This document shows, in pieces, positions 31,279 to 40,682 of a DNA stretch of 64,000 nt. Every line of letters starts with the position of its first letter. Position 1 is the stretch's first letter. This stretch comes from a virus. Its lineage: Duplodnaviria > Caudoviricetes. The stretch spans positions 32,001-96,000 of IMG/VR virus record IMGVR_UViG_3300031555_004710. The stretch is one strand, 5' to 3'. The notes under the pieces were generated by a model. The model searched no databases. It worked only from the letters and a program-made list of their open reading frames with translations, and was not told the DNA's origin. The position numbers were made by a program, and so were the translations under genes.

Positions 31279-31536
31279 ATGGCTAGTTATTGTGATAAGT
31301 ATATTAAAATCATAGCAAGACACTATATTTACAAAAAGGACGCAACATTAAAATCAACAGCAGAATATTTTGATATTTCTAGATCTGAGCTAAACTCAAT
31401 TCTTAACGAAGATTTAAAAATCGTTAGTCCTAGATTGTATGGCAAAGTTCAAGAAAAGAAAATCAGTAATACTCTAAAAGTTAGATTTGGTAATAAGAAG
31501 ACTAATTGGTTCACAAGATTATTTAAGAAAAGATAA
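31279..31536 (+). CDS. spoIIID: SpoIIID-like helix-turn-helix regulator
   Basis: YI..DATLKSTAEYFDISRS…EDLKIVSPRLYGKV parallels SpoIIID (ATVR..AK.FG.SKS…ERL..INP.L…V); start refined to 31279. Confidence 0.75.
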   Translation: MASYCDKYIKIIARHYIYKKDATLKSTAEYFDISRSELNSILNEDLKIVSPRLYGKVQEKKISNTLKVRFGNKKTNWFTRLFKKR

Positions 31537-31539
31537 TAT

Positions 31540-31575
31540 ATAGATATAGAAGATTATATAATCTTCTATATCTAT
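31540..31575. terminator. Perfect 36-bp palindrome, bidirectional terminator
   Basis: ATAGATATAGAAGATTAT|ATAATCTTCTATATCTAT between convergent genes. Confidence 0.75.
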
Positions 31576-31580
31576 TTTTT

Positions 31581-32795
31581 TTATGATTTCATCATAAACA
31601 TCATTTTTTTATCTCTCGTATATTCTATAAATCCATAGCTCCTATATAAGTTTATAGCAACCTCATTACTAATATCAACAGATAAATTTGTAATTTTACC
31701 AGCACGTATAGCTCTAGAGAATAATTGCGAACCTAATGAACTTCCTCTATATTTTTTACAAATTTCAAAAGCTTGTAACCATATGCAATTATCTTTTTTC
31801 TCTGTTTGATAATATCCTACAACATCATTTTTATCGATAAATATTTCCCCAGTTGTATTTTGATTATATCTAACATGAGTAAGTGAAGGACAATTTGACT
31901 TATATGCATCTATGATAAATTTATCAAGTTTTCCAGATTTAAATTCAGATAATCTCCTCTTTTCATTCTTATTAAAATCTTCATCAAATTTTTCAAACTT
32001 AATTCCACTTTCAGTAGCTATTTCGGATTTACTAACTTCGGTTGATAGTGATTCTAAGAGATTGAAAAATTCCGTATAATCTTTTTCCACTATCTTAATA
32101 TAATTTACATTCGACAATGATTTCATCAACTTATCTTTTTGTAATTCTTTAACTTTGTCAATCTTAAGAAGTTTTGGATGCATGTTAGTATTTTGCTTTA
32201 TCTCAATTTCAAGATTAAGTGATGGAATATATGCGTCAGGAATAAAGAAATGTTTACCTTCATTTTCAATATCATTTGGATTTTTATAATCATATTCGTA
32301 TGTGTGAGGAGAAGGCATCATTATTCCATCTGGGTCGAATTTTAAAAATCTATCAAGCATTATTAAAAAATCTTTTTCATAAGATCCAACATATCCTATT
32401 TGCTTACCATTAGCAAATGTGTATTTTCCAGAAATTCTTCTACCAGCAAGCATTTTTCTCTGTTGCTCTGGGTCATTTAATAGGGTTTCTTTTCCATATT
32501 TATTTATCATTCTGGATTTAAATTTTTCACGATATTTTTCTTTACATTCTGGATTATCACAAAATCTTTCATACTTCTGAGTAGTTTCATTCCAGTTCGT
32601 ATCTTTCTTACATTCAATACAAACTCCATGAGTTTTATTAGTCAAAATATAATAGAAGTATCTAGAATATGACCATCCCAATGGAATTAATTCTGGATGA
32701 GTATTTGCAACATGATTCCCCCATGTTTGCAATGATTTATATTTAACTCCACAATGAGGACATTTATAAGATTTAACTTTTTGCATTATTTTCAC
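31581..32795 (-). CDS. Zn-finger + PD-(D/E)xK (TnsA/T4 gp4-like) nuclease + GNAT acetyltransferase fusion
   Basis: CPHC…H…H; GSYEKDF, FIPDAY…EIEIK; KYRGSSLGSQL and NEVAINLYRSYGF; late promoter 32822-32833. Confidence 0.7.
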   Translation of the reverse strand: MKIMQKVKSYKCPHCGVKYKSLQTWGNHVANTHPELIPLGWSYSRYFYYILTNKTHGVCIECKKDTNWNETTQKYERFCDNPECKEKYREKFKSRMINKYGKETLLNDPEQQRKMLAGRRISGKYTFANGKQIGYVGSYEKDFLIMLDRFLKFDPDGIMMPSPHTYEYDYKNPNDIENEGKHFFIPDAYIPSLNLEIEIKQNTNMHPKLLKIDKVKELQKDKLMKSLSNVNYIKIVEKDYTEFFNLLESLSTEVSKSEIATESGIKFEKFDEDFNKNEKRRLSEFKSGKLDKFIIDAYKSNCPSLTHVRYNQNTTGEIFIDKNDVVGYYQTEKKDNCIWLQAFEICKKYRGSSLGSQLFSRAIRAGKITNLSVDISNEVAINLYRSYGFIEYTRDKKMMFMMKS

Positions 32796-32881
32796 CGTCC
32801 TATAATACTATTTGTTATTATTAAAAATCTGTTAAATGGACACAAAAAAGAAGAGGTTATTTCCTCTTCTTTTTTATTTAG

Positions 32882-33421
32882 TTACGATTTCTTAAATTTC
32901 CTCTTAGCCTTCTTAAATCTAGTTTCGGCTTCGCTAATCATATATATCATTTTCTTTATGCTATCAGACATAAAGTTATGAACATATAACGGCCCAAATA
33001 AATGCATGTTGCTATGAGTGCCAATTGTTGGGTATGCGAAATTGAAATCAAATATAAGTTTATAATCCCCTTTAAATGTAGTTGCCCCATATATAGTATT
33101 ATTTTGTACACATTCCATCATTGATTGAAACCTTACATGATATGAAGGATTTGATGTTACATACTCCATAAAATAACCCATTAAAATCTCATCAAAATTT
33201 TGGTCGGGCTTAAAAATAATCGTAAACACATTGTCTATTATACTCATAGAATCAGGTATTAACCTCAAATGAGTAAACCGATTTATTAACTTTGAAAATT
33301 TAGCAGGTATTAAATATTCTCCAGTATCAGTTTCTTTACTATCTTTTCTAATAAGTGTAAATTTTTGTGAGTTATCGATGTTGACAGCAACAAGTGTTTT
33401 TAATTTCTTTTTCTTAGACAT
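32882..33421 (-). CDS. Hypothetical protein
   Basis: ORF track; AAAGGAG RBS. Confidence 0.6.
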   Translation of the reverse strand: MSKKKKLKTLVAVNIDNSQKFTLIRKDSKETDTGEYLIPAKFSKLINRFTHLRLIPDSMSIIDNVFTIIFKPDQNFDEILMGYFMEYVTSNPSYHVRFQSMMECVQNNTIYGATTFKGDYKLIFDFNFAYPTIGTHSNMHLFGPLYVHNFMSDSIKKMIYMISEAETRFKKAKRKFKKS

Positions 33422-33514
33422 ATTTTATTATCTCCTTTAATGTAATAGTGATTAAATTATATTATTAATCACTATTACAATATATCACTGAAATACAATT
33501 ACACTTTACTAGAT

Positions 33515-36181
33515 TTAATAAAGTTGCATTGTCGACTGATTCGGATATGAATCTATTATTTCTGGAGTTGTCATTATAATATTTACAGGTAAACCACTCT
33601 GCTGGAAAATATCATTATGAGTTATTAAGAATACTTGCTCAGTACCAAGTGCCTGCATTTGTTTCGCTAGTATCATTATAAACTTCTCTCTATCAGCTTT
33701 ATAGATACTATTATCAATTTCATCCAATAGCATTATATTATAATCAAACATACTTTTTCTACAAAGAGCAAATGATAGTGCAATACTTATGACTGCCTGT
33801 TGACCTTGCGAAGCTAATTCAATATCCGAAACTTCATTTCCATTAATTTTATATGGTATCTTAAACTCATTACTTGATTCAGATATATCAAAGTTTACTA
33901 TTTCTAATTCATCTTCAAATATATCTGATATCAAATCATTAATGATTTCTTTACATTCATCTAGGAATACTTTTACCATTATTAACGGAATACCTTCCTT
34001 AGATGAGACTGCATCAAGTATTAATTTTAATGTATTTCTCTCATCTAAATATTCCTGATAAGATGATTTTGTTGAAGCTATATCTTGGAGTTGCATCTTT
34101 AATTTCATGGCCTTATTATTAGTCTCGGTATATATCATTTCTAATGAACTAGCTTCAGCCTCAAATATTTTCATATTCTGAATATTGGAACTAACTTTAG
34201 AAATCTTTTCAGTAATTTCTGCTAACTCTTTAGTATTCATTTCTATTGAATTAATTAATTCTTTTTTCTGAATATGATAATCTCCAGCATGTTGTAATAA
34301 AGCTAATCGTTTTTCAATACTATCTTTTTCACTTATTAACTCTTGATGAGTTTTCTGTTTATCACTCAATGTTTCTAATATAACTTCAGCATCCTTTTCC
34401 AAATCGGCTAATTCTATCTTCTTCATTTCAATATCAGTATTTTGAAGAGCTAGAATTTCATTTTCAGTTTTATAATATTCATTCTGAAGTTGCTCAAAAT
34501 CTTCTTTCATCTTTTCTTTCTCAGTTATATTAATTAATTTATCGTAATCATACCAATTACTTCTTGCATCGATAGAAGTAAGTAATCGATATAAATTTCT
34601 CTCATTTAATATTCCAAGAGTATCTAAGATAGAAGAAACTTTTTCCCACATCTTTTTCAAAAACTGCATTTTTGGATACTGAGTAATATATTCTTCATGA
34701 ATTGCTATTTCAACATCAAGAGCATCTATCTGATTTTTAATATCCATTATAGAATCATTTCTAGGGTCTTTACTCGCATTCTTAATAATTTGTGGATGAG
34801 ATTGTATGAATGGACAACTTTCAGTAGGACACATTGGGGGTCGATATAATGGTATTGGGCTTTCATATTCTGAAGAAAATTTAATATTAGAAAGAAGTTT
34901 TTGTAAATTAACCTGCCTTCCTATAAGTATATTTAATTTCTTTTTTGCCCAAGGAATTATAGTCGAATCAGAATTATATAATTTTCCAATAACTTCTCTT
35001 CGATTTAAACACATTTCCTCCATTATCATATCAAAATTTTTAATTACTTCAGGTAAACTAACAAGATATGAATAGGTATAACTACATTGAAAACCTTCTA
35101 GCATTCTTATACTATCATGATATTTAGTTTTAATATCATATGCTTTTTTCTGTAATTCAGCTAGCTGACTATCATTATTTTGTATTAATAGAAATTCTTT
35201 AATTTTATTACATCTAGTTTGATTATCAGAATACGATGTTTGCAGATTTAAAATATTCTCATGTATAGAATTTATCTTTGCCGATAACTCTCCATACTTA
35301 ATAGAAATATCTTGCATATTTTCAGTAGGAATATTTAATAGAATTTCTTCTATTTCTCCCAATTCATTCTTATCAGCTTCAATTTTATCTTCTATACTTT
35401 TAGAAAGTAATATTAAACTATCGGCCGATTCTTTTCCTATCATCGCGCTATTCATGCCTTGTAACTTAGCAATCTCGGCTTTAGCTTTATCTATCTTTTT
35501 ACGTAAATCAAATAAGCCATCTTCCAATTCTTCCAATTCTGCCTTTATCGAATTTTCATTATCTGAAGATAATCCTACTAATTTATTGGATAGTACTGAT
35601 AAAGCACTATTCATATTACGATAATCTTCCGAAAGCTTCTGATGTAGCATTGTATATATTTCAGTATCTTTTAACAGTGATGCAATAAATGATTTTCTTT
35701 CAGTTGACTTCATGTTTATTAGATTTGCAACATTTGGTCCTAATCTCAGAAGTCTTAAGAAATTTTGGTCTATGCCAAATTCAGTACGAATAATTTCTTT
35801 AAAAGTTCGAATATTTCCATTCTCATTTAATTCATTACCATTTAATTGAATAAACGATTTTGTAGAATGAGTTTGACCATTTTTATTCCAAGTATATTTA
35901 TGCTGTATAGTATAAATATTTCCATTATGAATATACTCAATTTCTTTTAATCCATCTTCTCCTGGAATAATTAATCCTTCTTGATTTCGAATATCTAAAG
36001 TCCCATACGTTGAAAATGGTTGTAGATGACCCAATATACTAGATTTCCCACTACCCATTTTCCCTATAAATATATTAATCTTTTGATTATTTTTAGAAAG
36101 ATTTAGTTCAATTTCATGCTTATGCATTCCTGCATATATATGAATAAAATTCTTTAAATAAAGTCTAGTTATTTTCCACAT
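33515..36181 (-). CDS. sbcC: SbcC/Rad50-like SMC ATPase
   Basis: GKMGSGKSS, long coiled coil with central C-x4-CPF, ASQGQ signature, LLDEID, ITH; start refined to ATG 36181. Confidence 0.9.
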   Translation of the reverse strand: MWKITRLYLKNFIHIYAGMHKHEIELNLSKNNQKINIFIGKMGSGKSSILGHLQPFSTYGTLDIRNQEGLIIPGEDGLKEIEYIHNGNIYTIQHKYTWNKNGQTHSTKSFIQLNGNELNENGNIRTFKEIIRTEFGIDQNFLRLLRLGPNVANLINMKSTERKSFIASLLKDTEIYTMLHQKLSEDYRNMNSALSVLSNKLVGLSSDNENSIKAELEELEDGLFDLRKKIDKAKAEIAKLQGMNSAMIGKESADSLILLSKSIEDKIEADKNELGEIEEILLNIPTENMQDISIKYGELSAKINSIHENILNLQTSYSDNQTRCNKIKEFLLIQNNDSQLAELQKKAYDIKTKYHDSIRMLEGFQCSYTYSYLVSLPEVIKNFDMIMEEMCLNRREVIGKLYNSDSTIIPWAKKKLNILIGRQVNLQKLLSNIKFSSEYESPIPLYRPPMCPTESCPFIQSHPQIIKNASKDPRNDSIMDIKNQIDALDVEIAIHEEYITQYPKMQFLKKMWEKVSSILDTLGILNERNLYRLLTSIDARSNWYDYDKLINITEKEKMKEDFEQLQNEYYKTENEILALQNTDIEMKKIELADLEKDAEVILETLSDKQKTHQELISEKDSIEKRLALLQHAGDYHIQKKELINSIEMNTKELAEITEKISKVSSNIQNMKIFEAEASSLEMIYTETNNKAMKLKMQLQDIASTKSSYQEYLDERNTLKLILDAVSSKEGIPLIMVKVFLDECKEIINDLISDIFEDELEIVNFDISESSNEFKIPYKINGNEVSDIELASQGQQAVISIALSFALCRKSMFDYNIMLLDEIDNSIYKADREKFIMILAKQMQALGTEQVFLITHNDIFQQSGLPVNIIMTTPEIIDSYPNQSTMQLY

Positions 36182-36285
36182 AATTTCATCATTTCCTTTC
36201 AATAAAATAATATATTAAAGGATTATTTTTTAAAATAATATAAAAAATGAATACCATAAAATTTATTTCTAAATAACAATATACT

Positions 36286-36602
36286 AATGGATCCGAGAAG
36301 TTGATTCATTTCTATTAAATTTTTTAATTTAATAGACATTTCTTATTCTGCATCCGTCTTAAAACGGTAAAAGCTAATTTTTTCTCATTGTTCCCCTTGT
36401 GTTGATAGAGTTTTTTGTTGACATAGGCATGTAAGTCGAAAGTATTTTGCACCACATACGTTCTGCATTGACTATTCAGAGTTTTATGCTAGTATATGGT
36501 AAAAGTACTATAAAATAAGGGTCGTAGAAGAAACCCGTTGTTATCTTCTACGACCCGACCTTTCTGAATCTTTTTTAATGAAGTAGATTACTCTACTTCA
36601 TT
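36286..36602 (+). ncRNA. Putative late structured RNA 2 (about 300 nt)
   Basis: AACA-N6-TA at 36275-36286; several stems including GGGTCGTAGAAGA/TCTTCTACGACCC; no ORF; terminator 36577-36602. Confidence 0.55.
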
Positions 36603-36611
36603 ATTTTCTTT

Positions 36612-37358
36612 TCAATCAATATTTGCATCAAATACATCCTGAGATGATATGATTAATTCAGAATCCAAAGGATGACCAATTGTTTCTCCTCCAGCTTCTT
36701 CTAATATAATTGTGTATTTTAAATTTAATGCTTCTGTACATCTATCAAATAAAAGCATTGATAGTCTATTAGGACCACGCAATACCTGCTTAGTATTGAA
36801 AAGCATGTTTTTAGAAGCAAATCTTATTTTATATTGATCAAGATCTACACCTTTATTGGTAATTGCTCGTTTAATAAGTTTCTTTAAAATATCGTCATCT
36901 AATGATTCAGGTGGTATTGATGAATGAGATGCGTCTGGTGTATTAAATATAACTATCTCATGATTTAATACAGCATTACGAATTTCATCGGCGTCTTGAC
37001 GAGTTATCTTATTTGCATAACGATATTCTTCAATTTCCTCTGGAGTTTCTGGATGGCATATGACATAGTTGCAACTTTCATCATCGTAGTAAACGCCAGG
37101 GCTTACTTTTTCAAAACCTTTAAGATCAGATAACTTTCCTTTATAGAAGTAATAATAATCTCCATTTAAATAAGCTATAGAAGGATCTAACTCTATACCA
37201 TTATCTAGTTTGAAATTTTTACCTTCATTACCAAAGCCATTGACTGTAAAATCCATTGGGCATAGTAATTTAGTTTGATAGTACTGCTCACCGATTTTTA
37301 ATAATGTGCTATTTGATAAAATTCTATTTGGGTTATCATTTAATAATTCATTTTTCAT
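36612..37358 (-). CDS. Hypothetical protein, possible C-terminal XRE-like HTH
   Basis: LIKRAITNKGVDL…LSMLLFDRCTEALNL pattern; weak. Confidence 0.5.
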   Translation of the reverse strand: MKNELLNDNPNRILSNSTLLKIGEQYYQTKLLCPMDFTVNGFGNEGKNFKLDNGIELDPSIAYLNGDYYYFYKGKLSDLKGFEKVSPGVYYDDESCNYVICHPETPEEIEEYRYANKITRQDADEIRNAVLNHEIVIFNTPDASHSSIPPESLDDDILKKLIKRAITNKGVDLDQYKIRFASKNMLFNTKQVLRGPNRLSMLLFDRCTEALNLKYTIILEEAGGETIGHPLDSELIISSQDVFDANID

Positions 37359-37378
37359 TGATACTTACCTTCACTTTC

Positions 37379-38050
37379 TTAAAATCTAAAATTAGTATTA
37401 TATTGTCTTTGAGCATCCAATCTTTGCTGAACTTGTTCCCTACTTAAAATAGAACCAGTTACCAATGAATGTTGGAAGCATTGCATTGCAAATTGTGTAT
37501 ATGGAATAAAGTTAAAATCTAAAATAAATTTACCAAGACGTTTTAACTGATACTCTTGTAATATTATTCCATTTGCTGCCATATTTATGTAAAATATAAC
37601 TCCTGGAACCATTACATTTTGACCAACTTCTACAACGGTTGGTACTATTTTTAACGCTGTTTTAGCTTTACCATATTCATTAACGCAAATTGCATTTAAT
37701 TTCTGATATTCAGAATTAAACATTAACATATCTTCATCATTTCTACCATAAAGAATTTTCTTATTATCCTCAGTAAACCAAGATAGTGCTTCTCTAAACA
37801 TTTCTTTTACATCATCTAATATATTCTGAGTTATACAAAATGATAGTGCAGCTTGTGCATCTGGGTCTAATGATTGTCTTTCTGAATACTTTACAACTTT
37901 CTGGATATATAATGCCGTAAACGGATAATTTATTTTATATCTAGTATTCAAAGTATCCGTTGTAAATTGTCTCATCCAAAAGGTTACCTCAATATTAGGT
38001 AAATCTAAAGGAATATTAAAAGATATTGGCATTCCCTGATCATTACTCAT
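37379..38050 (-). CDS. Hypothetical protein (helicase operon)
   Basis: ORF track; 2 bp from the helicase stop. Confidence 0.6.
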   Translation of the reverse strand: MSNDQGMPISFNIPLDLPNIEVTFWMRQFTTDTLNTRYKINYPFTALYIQKVVKYSERQSLDPDAQAALSFCITQNILDDVKEMFREALSWFTEDNKKILYGRNDEDMLMFNSEYQKLNAICVNEYGKAKTALKIVPTVVEVGQNVMVPGVIFYINMAANGIILQEYQLKRLGKFILDFNFIPYTQFAMQCFQHSLVTGSILSREQVQQRLDAQRQYNTNFRF

Positions 38051-38052
38051 AC

Positions 38053-39543
38053 TTAATCATCTCCTTTACCATGAATGTCTTGATTATACATGAATGTATA
38101 TGGATTATCATTCTTTGCTTTTGTTTCTGTAAGATACGCTAAGCGTATCTTTAATTTTCGTTTGCAATAAGTAAAACCATTATCAACAAACATAAAATAC
38201 ATTGCATCACTGCCATCGGATAATGGTCTAGCTCTACCAGCAGATTGATTGTCCATCACTTTATTACATTGGTTGGTAGATAATACATATTTTATATCTT
38301 TAGCATCCAATCCTGTACTAAATGAACTATATGTTGCAACTATAATATTTGCATTCTTTTTAACATTTTCTTTTTCGGTAGAACTAATATTACCATGAAA
38401 CCTGCCTACAAATAGATTTGGATATTTATTAGTAAGTATTTCATACATCTTATCTACGTGCTCTATATTTGTAAATAGAATTAATGCTCTATGATTCTTA
38501 TCTTTTATAAGAAAAGTATTGAGTACGTAAATAATTGCATCTAATAATATACCTTTTTTGAATTGATACTTCATATATAAATCAGGATTATATCCATATC
38601 TATTAAATGGTTCTTGTTGCTCTAATGCATCTGGATATGTGTTATAATTCATAACTACAAGTTTAGTATATTTCATAGTATTTTGTAGTTCTTTACTAGG
38701 AGTTAATACAGGCACATTTCTAAATATTTCTTTATACATTTTTTCTTTTTCATAACTACCTTGTCCAAAATCAGCAGAAAGATATACTTGATATCTAATA
38801 TTCATCAATGCATTTAACTTAACGATATTACTCACATTTCGATGTGCTTCATCATATATTAAGAATCCTATACCACATAGATTAAATAAATCTGCGATTC
38901 TACTATAATCAGATCTTTTACTCCCAAATCTATCTAGTAACATTGGTGTGCACATAAATATATCATATTCTAATGGATCTACTTTACCAGCAAGAATTTT
39001 GTCAATAATAGAACCTGTAACTCTCAATATTCTTTTCTGGTCAACATCGGTCTTCTCACAATATGCATCATACCATTGTACAAGAATATCATCTGAATAA
39101 CATAATACCCAAGTTTTCAAATTCAATTCAGTACTAAGATAAGTTGCTAATAATGTCTTACCTTGACCAGTTTGTAAATTAATAAACCAAACATTCTCAT
39201 TACTTTTTGTAGCCTCAATTTGTCGAATTATTTGACTTTGACCTTCCCAAAACTTATCAACATTCGTAAGATGAATGTTATTTGTAAAAGATTTACTCTT
39301 AATTATAGGCATCTTTTTAATTTCATATGTTGGAAACATTTTTATCAAATCTGAATATTCTCTATCATATGTCATAAACGATGACTCTCCATGGTACGGA
39401 AGGAGAAATCCTGTATATTCATCCCATCGATGATATACTTTATCGTATAATGCTGTATTATATTCTATAGCGCGACTTTGATGTTTTTTATAGGGAGTAA
39501 TTAAGCATCCTAATTTACTACGATATATAATACTCATAATCAA
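38053..39543 (-). CDS. SF2 DExH helicase (UvsW-like)
   Basis: LQTGQGKT, DEAH, LSA, STGLD, QSAGRAR. Confidence 0.9.
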   Translation of the reverse strand: MIMSIIYRSKLGCLITPYKKHQSRAIEYNTALYDKVYHRWDEYTGFLLPYHGESSFMTYDREYSDLIKMFPTYEIKKMPIIKSKSFTNNIHLTNVDKFWEGQSQIIRQIEATKSNENVWFINLQTGQGKTLLATYLSTELNLKTWVLCYSDDILVQWYDAYCEKTDVDQKRILRVTGSIIDKILAGKVDPLEYDIFMCTPMLLDRFGSKRSDYSRIADLFNLCGIGFLIYDEAHRNVSNIVKLNALMNIRYQVYLSADFGQGSYEKEKMYKEIFRNVPVLTPSKELQNTMKYTKLVVMNYNTYPDALEQQEPFNRYGYNPDLYMKYQFKKGILLDAIIYVLNTFLIKDKNHRALILFTNIEHVDKMYEILTNKYPNLFVGRFHGNISSTEKENVKKNANIIVATYSSFSTGLDAKDIKYVLSTNQCNKVMDNQSAGRARPLSDGSDAMYFMFVDNGFTYCKRKLKIRLAYLTETKAKNDNPYTFMYNQDIHGKGDD

Positions 39544-39650
39544 TCACCTCTTCTCATATAAAAAATATACGTATAAATTTTTAAACGTTTAAAAATCTAT
39601 ATTTATAAAAAAATAATGAGGTATAGTTAAAATTCTATACCTCATTAATA

Positions 39651-39989
39651 TTAATACATTGTGACAAAAATCATTACATTATTGTCAATTTGATTCAGTA
39701 TAATATGATTATCAAAATTATTTTCATTAATACCATTTATATTTCCACAAAGTATATCATCATATACTTGTGAAACTGTCATATTTTCAGCAATAAACGT
39801 TCTAGTAGTTCCAGCAACCCAGCCATTTTCACATAAATATTTATCTCCTAAATATGATACGATATCTTTTGAAGTGTCCGTAAATGATTCTTCTGAATAA
39901 CTTAAAATTGAAGCATGATATGAATCATTTATAGATATAGTATCACTTATAACTGGCACAGGATTTGGTGGTGCAATTTCTTTAGCCAT
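39651..39989 (-). CDS. Hypothetical protein
   Basis: ORF track; start refined to MAKEIAPP behind AAGGAGG. Confidence 0.55.
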   Translation of the reverse strand: MAKEIAPPNPVPVISDTISINDSYHASILSYSEESFTDTSKDIVSYLGDKYLCENGWVAGTTRTFIAENMTVSQVYDDILCGNINGINENNFDNHIILNQIDNNVMIFVTMY

Positions 39990-39990
39990 A

Positions 39991-40617
39991 TTAAATTCCT
40001 CCTTCGACAAGTTTCTTATATCCAACGCTTTGTATAGTTTTTCTTTCATTATATTTACAATCGAAACTATCTTGATAGCGTATAAGTATCTTAATTCTAG
40101 GTTTTATACTATAATACTTTTCTACACGACCAGGATTAATAATGTTATCATTTAGTAATATAACTCCTTGCAAAGCATCGGTATATGTTTTAGCAAGATT
40201 ATCAAAATCTGGAGTTGATATTGGCCTTATTAACCCTTTTTCTGCTAATAGTATCTCCGTATTAGTCATAGAATTAACAGGAGTCGGTTGATAAGTAATC
40301 AATGTAAATTCGCATCTTGTGCAAATAATTCCTTGATTGTGAAGAAATTTACGAAACGTTTTCTTCATTTGACTAGCACCTTTAACATAAAAATGAGAAC
40401 CATCTGTTCTAGGTCTAGGAGTACCTTTTGGTATTAAGTAAAAAGTACATTCTTTCTCAATCCATTTGATTGAGCTTATTCTATTTTCTTCTTCAATAAG
40501 TTTATTATTATCAATTCTCATTGTACTTTCAAGATATTTAACTAATTCTTCCTGAGTATCAGGATATATTGAATACATCGATCTATATTCATAATTATCC
40601 GGTTTATATATTTCCAT
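39991..40617 (-). CDS. rusA: RusA-family Holliday junction resolvase
   Basis: PKGTPRPR and TPDFDNLAKTYTDALQGVILLND. Confidence 0.85.
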   Translation of the reverse strand: MEIYKPDNYEYRSMYSIYPDTQEELVKYLESTMRIDNNKLIEEENRISSIKWIEKECTFYLIPKGTPRPRTDGSHFYVKGASQMKKTFRKFLHNQGIICTRCEFTLITYQPTPVNSMTNTEILLAEKGLIRPISTPDFDNLAKTYTDALQGVILLNDNIINPGRVEKYYSIKPRIKILIRYQDSFDCKYNERKTIQSVGYKKLVEGGI

Positions 40618-40682
40618 AAATAACTCACCATTCCTTATAATTATTAATATAAGGTTTGGTGAGTTATAGTTATTTATATTTT

